In this document: one piece after another, positions 8,413 to 18,034 of the stretch
Position numbering within the stretch: position 1 is the first letter of the stretch
How the letters are laid out: each line of letters begins with the position of its first letter
Position numbers and translations under genes: made by a program
Notes under the pieces: model-generated
What the model was told of the DNA's origin: nothing
What the model saw: only the letters and a program-made list of their open reading frames with translations
Databases searched by the model: none
Origin: Candidatus Foliamicus sp.
GTDB taxonomy: Bacteria; Pseudomonadota; Gammaproteobacteria; Steroidobacterales; Foliamicaceae
Direction of reading: 5' to 3'
DNA: 64,000 nt
Assembly (NCBI GenBank): GCA_965261845.1
Contig: OZ253475.1
Location: forward strand, 2,108,967-2,172,966

Positions 8413-9618
8413 TCATACGCGGATCAGGTCGCGTTCGAGGGTGTAGAGGCGTTCGGAGCCGGTAGCCGTAACGCGCATGGATTCCTCGAAAAACATCCCT
8501 CCCCAGCCGATTTCGTGTAGCTCCATGTCGATATTCAGCACCATGTTCTCCTCCACCCGGAAATCGCCCAGGTTACCGCCGGCAATGAACGGCACCTCGA
8601 TGTGGTCCAGGCCGATGCCGTGGGTGAACGCCAGTTCAAAGCTGGGTAGGCCACTGGCCCGCACTACCCTTATGACCCGCTCACGCAATTCCCCGGTTTG
8701 CACGCCCGGGCGCAGGTGGGAGTAGGCCTCGTCGATGCCGGCCATGTAGGCCTTCCAATAGCGCGCCAGCTTGGCGGACGGCTCGTCCAGAACCGCCGTG
8801 CGCTGGCAATCGCCCATGTAACGGCGCCATTTCAGCATGCTGTCGAAGCACACCTGGTCGCCCGGGCGAATCACGTAGTCGCGTTCCGGACGGCCGGCGC
8901 CGGCGCTCATGGGCCCGGCGCCGTTGAAGGTCGCAAACGGCCGTGCGCCCTGCTCCACCACCCGCACCTCGTAGGCGGTATACACATCGTTCCAGGTGGC
9001 GCCGTCTTTGATAGCAGCCAGAGCCGTGCGCAGCGCCGCTTCGTTCTTGACCGCCGCTTCCTTGAGGATCGCGATTTCGTCGGGCGTCTTCACCATGCGG
9101 ATCTCGATCAGGAGATTGCCGGCGTCGACGACGGTGGCGCTGTCCACCGTATCGCCCAATATGCCGGCGAATCGCGTGTCGTCGAATCCCAGCCTGCCCG
9201 CATCGAGTCCGGTCTCGCTGAGCATGGCGCAAACGGCGCCGGTAATCCCGGCATACGGCTTTTTTTCCAGTTCAGCCACCATCCGGCGTATCTCAAGGTC
9301 CTCACCCTTGAGTTGGGTATCCTCCGCAAACGTGTGCACCTTGAGCACACCGCCGTATACGCCGAAGTAATAGAGGCGCCTGTCCGGCATCCAGGTGGGC
9401 CGCTGAACCAGCACCGCGGCCTCGATCTCGGTGGCCACCAGGCAGGGCGGGATATCGGGGTCGCGCGGCAGGATGGCGCAAGCCACCCAGGGCACGTCAT
9501 AAAGAAAATCGGTGTCGAAATCGCTTAAGTAAAGCACGTTGTTGGGAGTGACCGCGATCAGCGCGTCCAGCCCTTCCCGCTCCATCAACTCGGTTGCCCG
9601 CTCGCGATTCACCAGCAT
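8413..9618 (-). CDS. M24 family metallopeptidase-like protein (creatinase/prolidase type)
   Basis: Creatinase_N-like N-terminus 'MLVNRERATELMEREGLDALIAVTPNNVLYLSDF'. Pita-bread motifs 'CFDSML...YMGDCQRT', 'HGIGLDHIE', 'NIDMEL', 'FFEESMRVT'. Paralog of 19023..20222. Confidence 0.8.
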   Translation of the reverse strand: MLVNRERATELMEREGLDALIAVTPNNVLYLSDFDTDFLYDVPWVACAILPRDPDIPPCLVATEIEAAVLVQRPTWMPDRRLYYFGVYGGVLKVHTFAEDTQLKGEDLEIRRMVAELEKKPYAGITGAVCAMLSETGLDAGRLGFDDTRFAGILGDTVDSATVVDAGNLLIEIRMVKTPDEIAILKEAAVKNEAALRTALAAIKDGATWNDVYTAYEVRVVEQGARPFATFNGAGPMSAGAGRPERDYVIRPGDQVCFDSMLKWRRYMGDCQRTAVLDEPSAKLARYWKAYMAGIDEAYSHLRPGVQTGELRERVIRVVRASGLPSFELAFTHGIGLDHIEVPFIAGGNLGDFRVEENMVLNIDMELHEIGWGGMFFEESMRVTATGSERLYTLERDLIRV

Positions 9619-9671
9619 GGCAAGACCCTTCGCACGCTGGACCGGCTATCAATCCGCGCGATGGGGCTATT

Positions 9672-9779
9672 GCCGGACCGTTTCCCCTCCCTGCCGGGAG
9701 TGTCGGAGCCAGGGATGGCGACGCCAAGCTCCATGGATGGATTCATGCGTCTCCCGGCAGGGAGGGGGAACGGTCCGGC
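9672..9779. repeat. 29-bp inverted repeat (1 mismatch) with 50-nt spacer
   Basis: Left arm gccggaccgtttcccctccctgccgggag at 9672-9700. Right arm ctcccggcagggagggggaacggtccggc at 9751-9779. Lies between two same-strand genes. Confidence 0.85.
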
Positions 9780-9822
9780 GGCGCCGGCTTCGCGGCAAAC
9801 GAGATAGAAAGTCGGATCCACA

Positions 9823-10719
9823 CTAGCGGAAGGAGGCGTTGGCGAAGTAGTTGTTGACGCGCTGTTCCCAGTCGTCCACTTTGCCGAAGATGCCGGTGTA
9901 GTAGTCCGCCAGGTAGATCAGCCAGAACGCCCCGTTGATGCTGCACACGGGGCCGTGCCGCACGCCGGGCGGGCGCCCGATGTAGTGGTCCTTGGTCAGG
10001 ACCAGGTCTTCCTTCACGTCTTGGCGCTTGTGGTCGTAGGTGTAGCCGATGTAGCAGTCGCCGGCAATCAGGTAGAGGCATTCGTTGTGCGGATGGTGCT
10101 CGGTGCCCGGATCGACGAAGCCCGGCGCAAGGGCCGTCAGTGCTATGACTTCCCTGGTGCCGTCGTCCTTGCGCAGGCCCTTGGTCAGCACGCCCGGCGG
10201 GCGGGCTTCCTGGCCCGTGTTCGGGTCTTTCCAGGTGGAGCGCTTGACGATGTCCACCATCGGGTCCACCCAGGGCAGGTGCCAGGTGTTGGTGCGGGCG
10301 ATGTGCCGTTCCACGTGGGCATCGGCATGGGATTCTCCCGCTTCCTCAAAGGCCAGCGGGCCGCTGGTGAACAGCAGTAGCCGGCAGCCCGCGGACGTGC
10401 TCAACGGACCCCAGGCCATGCCGGCCGGGAAGTAGCCGTAGCAGCCCTGCATCCAGGTCTCATCGGCGATGTCCAGCGCGCCTTCCAGCACGTACAGATC
10501 GACGTCGGCTTCGTTGCGCCCGCGCGGAAGGCTCCACCCGGCCGGCAGTTCCAGCACCAGGTGCTCGCCCCCGGTCTTGCTCTCGGTACTCAGGTTGCGG
10601 CCCATGGCGCCGGGCGTAAACCCGCTATTGAGCGCCTTGGGCTGAACCCCGCCCACGTCCAGGCAGTCTTCTCTGCGCATTGGCATGGCATTGCTCCTTT
10701 CGGTGTGGTTATTGGTCAA
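9823..10719 (-). CDS. Bicupin-type protein (ChrR/cupin_7-like C-terminal cupin)
   Basis: C-terminal motif 'EHHPHNECLYLIAGD...RPPGVRHGP'. Same layout as 12404..13246 and 18035..18853. The start may be an internal Met (10686 or 10680). Confidence 0.6.
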   Translation of the reverse strand: MTNNHTERSNAMPMRREDCLDVGGVQPKALNSGFTPGAMGRNLSTESKTGGEHLVLELPAGWSLPRGRNEADVDLYVLEGALDIADETWMQGCYGYFPAGMAWGPLSTSAGCRLLLFTSGPLAFEEAGESHADAHVERHIARTNTWHLPWVDPMVDIVKRSTWKDPNTGQEARPPGVLTKGLRKDDGTREVIALTALAPGFVDPGTEHHPHNECLYLIAGDCYIGYTYDHKRQDVKEDLVLTKDHYIGRPPGVRHGPVCSINGAFWLIYLADYYTGIFGKVDDWEQRVNNYFANASFR

Positions 10720-11542
10720 GCCCGGACAGCCAGGCCACCACAGCCTCGCAGCATTCTTTGGGCTTGGTAATCATGCAATAGGTCGATCCCGCGCCGGAGA
10801 TCTCGGCCTTGTCCACGTCCGACTTGATGGCGAGGAACTCGCGCATCAGGGTGTCGTGGCTGGCCGAGTCCATGCGCTCGTTTTCGTTCAGGGCACTATC
10901 GTCTCCCATCAGCAACAGCGTGGGACATTCGATATTGCGGATATCCGCGGTGAGGTCCACGTTGGCGTAGGCCTCCAGCACGGACTTCAGAGTCGCCATG
11001 TTGACGTTGGCTGCGTACTGCTTCTTGGCCCATTGCTCGTAGCGTATGCCTTCGGCGGAATACAGCACGTCCGGCGGCAGCACCACGCCGGCGTACAGGC
11101 GCGAGAGCTGTTCAATGCCGAACACCCTGCCCACCCACCAGGAAGCTTCGTAGATATTGCGCCAGGTGTCGTCGACGCGGATGAACGGATAGGCGATCAG
11201 CGCGTGCATACGTTCGGGATACTTGGCTGCGAAGCGCAATCCGATCGACGAGCCGGTGGAGGTGCACCACAGAGCCGTGCGTTGGATCCCCGCGTCGTCC
11301 AGAATGGCGGCCAGATCGTCCACCCAACGCTCCACGGAATACCGCTCGGTCTGGGTCCAGTCCGACTTGCCTACCCCACGGTAGTGCCATTGCAGGATAC
11401 GGTGGTGCGGGGTGAGAAACGGCTCGCAGAATTCGTACTGCTTGTCCACCAGCGCGAAGCCGCCGATGAGGGTAAGCGGAAGCTCGCCCTGTCCGCGGAG
11501 TTCGTACCACAAATTGGCGCCATCCACCCTGACCTTCGGCAT
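10709..11542 (-). CDS. Alpha/beta-fold hydrolase (PcaD/enol-lactonase-like)
   Basis: 'MPKVRVDGANLWYELRGQGELPLTLIGGF' N-terminus, and the nucleophile-elbow context 'LWCTSTGSSIG'. Confidence 0.8.
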   Translation of the reverse strand: MPKVRVDGANLWYELRGQGELPLTLIGGFALVDKQYEFCEPFLTPHHRILQWHYRGVGKSDWTQTERYSVERWVDDLAAILDDAGIQRTALWCTSTGSSIGLRFAAKYPERMHALIAYPFIRVDDTWRNIYEASWWVGRVFGIEQLSRLYAGVVLPPDVLYSAEGIRYEQWAKKQYAANVNMATLKSVLEAYANVDLTADIRNIECPTLLLMGDDSALNENERMDSASHDTLMREFLAIKSDVDKAEISGAGSTYCMITKPKECCEAVVAWLSGLDQ

Positions 11543-11552
11543 TCCTTCCTCC

Positions 11553-12377
11553 TTAGCCTTGAGAAATCGCGGCGTCGTATTGATGCACGATACGCACGCC
11601 TTCCAGCATGAATCCCATCGGCATCCAGTAGGCGCCCAGGGTTTCCTTCGGCGCCAGCGGCATCAACTCTTCGTTGTCGGCCTTGCAGAACTCAAGGCGG
11701 CCCTCGCCAGCCAGCGTCTCACCCTGCTGCAATCCGCTCATGACCATTTGCGTCAGGTCATGCACCAACGGCTTGCCCAAAGGCGGTACGTGGCAGTCAG
11801 GCATGTGGCGCATGCAGGTCAGCGGCAGGTTGCGCGTGTAGAACCCCAGCTCGGCCGGGTCAATGACGCGCTCGGGCGCAAACTCCATGCGCATCACGGC
11901 CTCGCCGTTGCGGCTGACGACGCGTTTCAGCCGGGTGCCCACACCGGCGTCCTGACTCATTCCGGGAAGCAAAGGATGCGTTCCGCTGGTTTCGATCACC
12001 GCCTGCTTGGAACAGGCGCCCAAAAACCAGCTAAGCAATACCAGCCAATCGCGATTGCACCACTGAAAGGTGGAGAACATGGTGCGCTCGCCGTTCAGCA
12101 TGCATGGCAAGCCGACCACCGCGACGTCGTAGTGACTGCGCGCCGCCGGCCAGTCCTCCGGCGCAACGCCTTCGGGGTAGCACACCAGGTGCGGGCTCCA
12201 TACATAGGCTTCGTCGGCGGGATCCGAGGGTGTCAGCGGCGCAGGCAGGTAGGCCGCAATCGCTTCGGGGTCGGCCCGAAAGTGAAAAAGCAGCAGGTTG
12301 CCGGCAAATCGCCACGGCAGCGCCGCCAGCATGGAAGCCTCTCCGGAGGGGGTGAAGGGACGCGTGTAACCGGCCAT
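11553..12377 (-). CDS. Acetoacetate decarboxylase (ADC) family protein
   Basis: The N-terminus 'YTRPFTPSGEASMLAALPWRFAGNLLLFHFRADPEAIAAYLP' resembles ADC-family proteins. Length is ~274 aa. Confidence 0.65.
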   Translation of the reverse strand: MAGYTRPFTPSGEASMLAALPWRFAGNLLLFHFRADPEAIAAYLPAPLTPSDPADEAYVWSPHLVCYPEGVAPEDWPAARSHYDVAVVGLPCMLNGERTMFSTFQWCNRDWLVLLSWFLGACSKQAVIETSGTHPLLPGMSQDAGVGTRLKRVVSRNGEAVMRMEFAPERVIDPAELGFYTRNLPLTCMRHMPDCHVPPLGKPLVHDLTQMVMSGLQQGETLAGEGRLEFCKADNEELMPLAPKETLGAYWMPMGFMLEGVRIVHQYDAAISQG

Positions 12378-12403
12378 GCTCTACGGTCTGTTCACTCCAG
12401 ACC

Positions 12404-13246
12404 TTACGTCCAGAGGCCCCAAAGGGCGGGCGTCGAGTCGGGCGCCGGGCGGGCCAGATATTCTTCGCAGCGCGACGGGGTCCAGTCGGGTAGCGTGAAT
12501 TGAAAATCGATTTCGCGTTCTCCTCGGCAAAACCAGACCGCGCCTCCGCGGGTAGCCTGCGGCCCATGGGGCTTCTCCCCGGGGCGAAAGATATACGATC
12601 CGGAAGTGAGCATGCCAGTCTCGCCCATCAGGTAGTCGCCCTGTAGCAGCACCAGCTCCTCCCAGGTCTCGTGCGCTTCCAGGCGCGGATCGCTCCAGCC
12701 GGATTCATGCTGTGTCATCAAGGTATAGGCGCCGGTGTCGGGATCGGTGCGCAGAATCCGCACATGCAGCCCGGGCATGGCCTCTTCGCGGGGACGACCG
12801 GGATAGTCCGGCGTGGGCTGCCATTCGACCGTGTTCACGTTCACCGGCCCGACGCGGCGTTCGCTGCGGCAGGCCGCCGCCAATTCCGGATCGGAGGACA
12901 GGTCGCAGGCCCCCGCGCTCATCCACAGTGCGGTGAATCCATCGTTGGATTCCGCGGTGTCCAGCACCAGGCCCTTCGGAAGAAAGGCATAGCTGCCACG
13001 CCTTAACTGGTTCTCCCCCAGACGAAGGTCGCCCTGCAGCAGGAATATTTCAAGGTCGCTGCTTAAGTGTCCGCCATCCCGGCAACACCAATAGGATTCG
13101 CCACATACCAGCAGGCTTGAGGCGCCTGGCGGATCGATTTCGGCGCTTAGGCCGCTTGCCCGCAAGCCGTGACCGAAGCCAGCCGGCGCAAAGGGCACCA
13201 GCACCACTTCGTCCAACCGCCGAAACTCAACGCGCCCGCGCGACAC
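12404..13246 (-). CDS. Bicupin-type protein (ChrR/cupin_7-like C-terminal cupin)
   Basis: 'EAHETWEELVLLQGDYLMGE...RPGEKPHGP'. Paralogous layout to 9823..10719 and 18035..18853. Confidence 0.6.
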   Translation of the reverse strand: MSRGRVEFRRLDEVVLVPFAPAGFGHGLRASGLSAEIDPPGASSLLVCGESYWCCRDGGHLSSDLEIFLLQGDLRLGENQLRRGSYAFLPKGLVLDTAESNDGFTALWMSAGACDLSSDPELAAACRSERRVGPVNVNTVEWQPTPDYPGRPREEAMPGLHVRILRTDPDTGAYTLMTQHESGWSDPRLEAHETWEELVLLQGDYLMGETGMLTSGSYIFRPGEKPHGPQATRGGAVWFCRGEREIDFQFTLPDWTPSRCEEYLARPAPDSTPALWGLWT

Positions 13247-13248
13247 GG

Positions 13249-13638
13249 TCAGGCGACGCCGAAGCGTGCTTCGTGTTCGGAATAGACGCGCGCGAGGATA
13301 TCGACGGCCATTTCAGCGGCGGGGAAGCCGCACTCCAGGCCCGCCAGCAGCAGGATTTCCTCTACCTCTTCGCGTGGTATGCGGTGGTGGGCCGCCATCT
13401 TCATGAAGAACTCCACTTCCTGCTTGTGCTGGGCGGTAAACATGGCGATGCTGCATAGGATCTTGGTACGCAGATCCACCCCGTTCATCTCCCAGATCGG
13501 CACCATGACCTCGCGCACCTTGGAGTGGAACAAAGGCGGGCGGGACGTGCGAATCCACTCGTAAATCTCTTCACCCTGCTCGTCGCCCCAAAGCTTCAGG
13601 CAAATGGCGCGAAACCGGCTTTCCAGATCGTTGCTCAT
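13249..13638 (-). CDS. Carboxymuconolactone decarboxylase (CMD/AhpD-like) family protein
   Basis: 'DLRTKILCSIAMFTAQHKQEVEFFMKMAAHHRIPREEVEEILLLAGLECGFPAA'. The start chosen at 13638 gives an ATGA overlap with the upstream methyltransferase stop. The ORF-track start at 13662 is also possible. Confidence 0.7.
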   Translation of the reverse strand: MSNDLESRFRAICLKLWGDEQGEEIYEWIRTSRPPLFHSKVREVMVPIWEMNGVDLRTKILCSIAMFTAQHKQEVEFFMKMAAHHRIPREEVEEILLLAGLECGFPAAEMAVDILARVYSEHEARFGVA

Positions 13639-14723
13639 GGTCTCACTCCAATCGTGGCCCACCAGGGATACGAACCGAAGAAATACTCCGCGCCATGCCC
13701 CCAGCCGGTCAGTTCGTTAGGCAGGGGCACGTCGCGGACCTCGGTGAATCCGCCCTCTGCAAACATTCGCACCCGGTCCTCGGTAAGGAACCCGGGCAGG
13801 AAGGGGTCTTCCATGCGGCGGCCGGTGGAATCCAGCAGGAACGCCGACAGGGGGCTGAAGTCCTGCTGCAGGACCTTGAATGGCGGCGACTCCATGATCG
13901 CGAATATCCCTCCCGGACGCAGCAGCCGGTGAGCCTCGCGCACCACGGCGGCGCGCACCTTGCCGGGAAGCTCGTGAAAAAGCCACACCGCACTGACCAC
14001 GTCGAAACTGCCGTCGGGGTAGCTGGTGTCCTCGGCCAGGCGCTGGGTGAAATTCACCTTCAAGCCGCGCGATTCGGCCAACTTGTGGCCGTACTTGAGC
14101 ATGGAGGCGGCGTAGTCCAGACCCACCACTTCAGCCTCGGGATACAGCTCGCAATACGGGAAGCTGCTCTTGCCCACTCCGCAGCCGAGATCCAGTATCC
14201 GCTTGTAATCCCCCTTGGGCACTGCGCGTGCCAGGTTCCAGCCCATTTCGTCGCCATCATCACGTCCCACCAGGAAAGGGCTGATCATCCAGTGATACAG
14301 GATACCGGCGAACTCGGCGTGATAGTTGCCCGGCTGAGTGTGAATCTCGATCTTGCGATAATAGCGCGGCGTTTCAAGCTCCGAATCCAACTCCAGGCTG
14401 CCGAGTGCCCCCGGCTCGTTGCAGTCATCCAGCCAGGCCCGCACCTCATCGCCCTGGCGCTCAAGGATGTCGAGAATGGCGCGAAACATCTGCGCATGGT
14501 TGTGGCGCTCGAAGAAAGCGCCTAAACGATAGGCCGGAGCCCGCTCCATCAACTCGCCCAGCGCGCGAATGTCGGTCAGGTCGTCAAGTCCGGCTTTGTT
14601 CTCGTGGTAGTAGCGGCCCATGGCGGGGCCGAAACCGGTCGAATTGAAGGCCATCAGGCCCCCCACAAAATCCATCCGCGCCTGCTCCGCGCGGCTGCGT
14701 TGAATGTCGAGATTGGCAGTCAT
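13635..14723 (-). CDS. Class I SAM-dependent methyltransferase
   Basis: Motif I 'ILDLGCGVGKSS', followed by 'VVGLDYAASML' and 'FDVVSAVWLFHELP'. Confidence 0.85.
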   Translation of the reverse strand: MTANLDIQRSRAEQARMDFVGGLMAFNSTGFGPAMGRYYHENKAGLDDLTDIRALGELMERAPAYRLGAFFERHNHAQMFRAILDILERQGDEVRAWLDDCNEPGALGSLELDSELETPRYYRKIEIHTQPGNYHAEFAGILYHWMISPFLVGRDDGDEMGWNLARAVPKGDYKRILDLGCGVGKSSFPYCELYPEAEVVGLDYAASMLKYGHKLAESRGLKVNFTQRLAEDTSYPDGSFDVVSAVWLFHELPGKVRAAVVREAHRLLRPGGIFAIMESPPFKVLQQDFSPLSAFLLDSTGRRMEDPFLPGFLTEDRVRMFAEGGFTEVRDVPLPNELTGWGHGAEYFFGSYPWWATIGVRP

Positions 14724-14782
14724 GCAAAACCCCCCGGAATTGGACTATATTATAGAGAGGCTTGTTTTACACGCTTTGATTC

Positions 14783-14808
14783 GGCGCATGGGTGACTGCG
14801 CCGTTTTT
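14783..14808 (+). terminator. Terminator-like hairpin plus T5 in the leader of the TonB-dependent receptor gene (possible attenuator)
   Basis: ggcgca (14783-14788) pairs with tgcgcc (14797-14802), followed by g-ttttt (14804-14808). It lies 31 nt before the ATG at 14839. The stem is only 6 bp. Confidence 0.3.
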
Positions 14809-14838
14809 GCGGGCAACGACTACAGACCGGAGGACACC

Positions 14839-17349
14839 ATGAATCTGTCTCGCTCCTTTACTTGCGGCGCTGTTGCGTCATTCCTGATCCTCCCGCTGGC
14901 AGGCTTTCTTGCGCCGGCTTCGGGGGTTCAGGCTGCCGAGTTGGAAGAAATCGTGGTGACCGCCCGAAAACGCGAGGAGAGCATCCAGGACGTACCGCTG
15001 TCCATCACCGCGTTCACCGGCGAGGAACTGGAGCGTGGGGGGTTCGCCGATCTGGAGGATATTTCCTTCCAGACCGCCGGTATGCAGTTCAACAACGAGC
15101 TCGCCGGCACGCGCCCCGGGCGTCTGTTCAGCAACATCCGGTTCCGGGGCGTCGAGGGCAGCGAATACTCCACACTCCAGACGGCTTCTCTCTTCGTCGA
15201 CGGCATCTTTGCCCTGCAGGGCGCGCAGACCCTGGCGCTGAGCGACCTGGAGCGGGTCGAGGTCATCAAAGGCCCGCAATCCGCGGCATTCGGCCGCAAC
15301 TCCTTTGCCGGTGCGATCAACTACATCACCCGCGCGCCGAACATGGAGGAATTCTCGGCCAGGATCAAGGCCGACGCCGGTCGCTTCGATCAGCAGGAGC
15401 TGGATATCAGCGCGGACATACCCATCGCGCCCGGGATTCTGGCCTTGCGCGCCGGAGGGCGCTACTACAACAAGGGGGCCATGTATCACAATGCTGATGG
15501 CAGCGCTGTAGGAGAACAGCGGTCCGATTCCTTGTTCGCAACGCTGTTCGTTCAGGCTGCGGACAATGTCAGTATCAAACTGCGCTATTACCAGCAGGAC
15601 GACAGCGACGGGCCGGCGGGCGTAACTTTCTACAAGGCCCGGCTGAACGACAGCTGCACCGGCAAGACCTTCCCCGGCCTGACCACCGACGGTCAGCCCA
15701 CTACGCTGATGCCCAGAGAATACCTTTGCGGGACCATTCCGGGCCCCGGCGGGATGATCGGTTTCCCCAACCCGAGCGTGTCCTTGACTCCGTCCAGCTT
15801 TCCAAGCGGATTCACCAACTTCATCCGGGACTCGCTCATCGATTCGCCCTCGCAGGTCGAAGGTGTCCCGTACCTCGACCACTTCGGAATCGAGCGCGAG
15901 ATTACCCGTATCAGCCTGGTGCTGGACTACGAGTTCGCCAACGGCATGTCGCTGGTCGCCACCGGCGCCTATAACGAAAACGCCGCCGCCAATCTGCGCG
16001 ACTGGGACATGACCTCCGACGAGGCCTGGTATGTATCCAATCCGCAGGCAGGCGAGGATGAGAGCATCGACATACGTGTTTCGTCGGCGCCCGATGCGAA
16101 ATGGCGCTGGCTGGGCGGGTTCAACTATTACACCCAGGAATTCCTGACCAGTTCGAACGGCGGCGTGTTCGTGGTGGCCTGCGGCAACCTGGGAGCTTTC
16201 GGCTCGCCCGCGCAGTGCGACAATCCGGCGCGCATTCCGGTGGGCGTTGACGGCGGCGATTTCGTGGACGTGCGGGCCTTTTACGGTTCGTTGTCCTACG
16301 ACATCACGGAGCAGTTCACCGTGGACCTGGAGGCGCGCTGGCAGGACGACACGCGTAGCGACGGTGTGGGAGATTTCGAGGTCAACTTCAAGGATTTCCT
16401 GCCCCGGATCTCTCTTCGGTATCGCTTTACCGAAGACATCACGGCCTATGTCACAGTATCGAGCGGCATTCTTCCCGGCGTCATCAATTCCAACATCATC
16501 AACTGCGATCCCACTCCTTACATCTCTCCGTTCATCGATCCACGCACCGGTCAGCCAAGCACCTCCTCGATGTGCGAGCAGTATGCCCAGGCGCTGGGCG
16601 ACGCCGCCGTGGACGTGACACCGGTGCAGGAACTGGACGCCTATGAGATCGGCGTCAAGTCCACCTGGATGGAGGGCCGGCTGGTGGCCAACGTGGCGGC
16701 CTACTGGCAGGAGTGGGCGAATGCGCCCTTCGCGACCTTCCTGACCATCTACCGCGACGACGACGGCGACGGGGTCCCCAATACCAACCCCAACTTCTTC
16801 CCGGTCAATACACCTGGTAGTTCGGAGTACTCCGGCGTGGAAATGGAAGTGGACTTCCTGATCACCGAAAACTGGGACTTGAGCGTCAACTGGTCATTCA
16901 ATGACAACGAGTTCACCGACTACCTCATCAACCTGGCGTCCGCCGAATACGCCCTGGGCACCCGCAACGTCAAGGGGCACCGCTCCAGCCGCTTCCCCGA
17001 GTGGTCCGGCAATGTCTCCTCCACCTATAGCGGTACCTTCGAGAACGGCTGGGATTGGTCGGCGCGCGCCGATCTCACCTATATGGGCGAGGCCTTCGCC
17101 GGCCTGACCAACCTGGCCACGCTGCAGAGCTACTCGCTTTTGAATCTTCGGTTTTCGGTCGAACGTGACAACCTGAGGTTGGAGGCCTACGTAAAGAACG
17201 CCCTGGACGAAGACTACTGGCGCTCCGGTCAGGAGTACACCGACTTCTCGCGGGTACTCAGCGTAGGTTTCAACTTCAACAGGCTGGGTCTGACGCTGCT
17301 GCCGCAAGACAAGCGCACCTTCGGTTTCCGGGCGGCGATCGAGTTCTAG
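14839..17349 (+). CDS. TonB-dependent receptor
   Basis: ATG at 14839 starts the signal peptide 'MNLSRSFTCGAVASFLILPLAGFLAPASGVQA'. Plug motifs 'LEEIVVTARKREESIQDVPLSITAF' and 'RVEVIKGPQSAAFGRNSFAGAINYIT' are present, and the protein ends in 'FRAAIEF'. The ORF-track start at 14704 would overlap the divergent gene. Confidence 0.9.
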   Translation: MNLSRSFTCGAVASFLILPLAGFLAPASGVQAAELEEIVVTARKREESIQDVPLSITAFTGEELERGGFADLEDISFQTAGMQFNNELAGTRPGRLFSNIRFRGVEGSEYSTLQTASLFVDGIFALQGAQTLALSDLERVEVIKGPQSAAFGRNSFAGAINYITRAPNMEEFSARIKADAGRFDQQELDISADIPIAPGILALRAGGRYYNKGAMYHNADGSAVGEQRSDSLFATLFVQAADNVSIKLRYYQQDDSDGPAGVTFYKARLNDSCTGKTFPGLTTDGQPTTLMPREYLCGTIPGPGGMIGFPNPSVSLTPSSFPSGFTNFIRDSLIDSPSQVEGVPYLDHFGIEREITRISLVLDYEFANGMSLVATGAYNENAAANLRDWDMTSDEAWYVSNPQAGEDESIDIRVSSAPDAKWRWLGGFNYYTQEFLTSSNGGVFVVACGNLGAFGSPAQCDNPARIPVGVDGGDFVDVRAFYGSLSYDITEQFTVDLEARWQDDTRSDGVGDFEVNFKDFLPRISLRYRFTEDITAYVTVSSGILPGVINSNIINCDPTPYISPFIDPRTGQPSTSSMCEQYAQALGDAAVDVTPVQELDAYEIGVKSTWMEGRLVANVAAYWQEWANAPFATFLTIYRDDDGDGVPNTNPNFFPVNTPGSSEYSGVEMEVDFLITENWDLSVNWSFNDNEFTDYLINLASAEYALGTRNVKGHRSSRFPEWSGNVSSTYSGTFENGWDWSARADLTYMGEAFAGLTNLATLQSYSLLNLRFSVERDNLRLEAYVKNALDEDYWRSGQEYTDFSRVLSVGFNFNRLGLTLLPQDKRTFGFRAAIEF

Positions 17350-17384
17350 CGCGTCGCATCACCCACATCCGTATCGGCGCGCCA

Positions 17385-17936
17385 ATGGAAACCCGCCTTC
17401 TGCCCCTGGTGGAAGCAACGCCTGAAAACGTGGCTTCCTGTGGGCAGATATTGGGCCGTCACGCCGGCGCCGAACCGTTGCCGATCAAGTTCTACGAGGG
17501 TTCGGTACAGACCTACCGGACAGTGGATTTCCGTTCCGACGAGCAGACGGAGCTCAGCCTGGCGCACGTTCGGCGCCGGCCCTTCGAGGTGCGTTGGATC
17601 GAACGCCATTTCAAGCACACGCAGACCTTTATTCCACTGAATGGTGCGCCCTTCATCGCCGTTCTGGCACCGCCTACCCACGGCGACCTGCCGGATCTGA
17701 ACCAGGTGCGGGCCTATCGCTTCGACGGTTCGGCGGGCTTTACCATGAAGCTCGGGACCTGGCACGAGTTTCCTTTCGCCGTAGAGGACGAGGCCGATAT
17801 CATCGTAATTTTAAGGCGAGAGGCCACCCAGAGCCTTTTGGACACGGATCCCGCTTCGGGCGAGGTCCGCGGCCCCGACATCCACAAGCAGGACTTGCTC
17901 AAGCAGCACGGCATACAGCTGCGAATCGACATCTAA
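17385..17936 (+). CDS. Ureidoglycolate lyase (AllA) family protein
   Basis: Aligns by eye with E. coli AllA: 'LLPLVEATPENVASCGQIL', 'ERHFKHTQTFIPLNGAPFIAVLA', 'PDLNQVRAYRFDG', 'GTWHEFPF'. Confidence 0.7.
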   Translation: METRLLPLVEATPENVASCGQILGRHAGAEPLPIKFYEGSVQTYRTVDFRSDEQTELSLAHVRRRPFEVRWIERHFKHTQTFIPLNGAPFIAVLAPPTHGDLPDLNQVRAYRFDGSAGFTMKLGTWHEFPFAVEDEADIIVILRREATQSLLDTDPASGEVRGPDIHKQDLLKQHGIQLRIDI

Positions 17937-17973
17937 ACGCCCATGGTCGCATTCCTATGGCCCGAACGACGCA

Positions 17974-18002
17974 GGGAACGAGGGCATCCTGCCCTCGACG
18001 GG
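17974..18002. repeat. REP-like element, single hairpin copy
   Basis: 'gggaacgagggcatcctgccctcgacggg', read directly. Intergenic. Confidence 0.75.
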
Positions 18003-18034
18003 AAAACCGCGATGCTTTCAGTCAAGAGCACCTT

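Noticed and set aside
17594-18034. N-terminal extension of the 18035..18853 bicupin ORF. Similar extensions occur at 14704-14838, 28936-29175, 38570-38797, 47204-47308, 49727-49984, 53821-53874 and 60343-60414.
   Set aside because: The extensions overlap neighbouring genes or REP elements and translate to Arg/Pro-rich junk. Internal starts give canonical N-termini or signal peptides.
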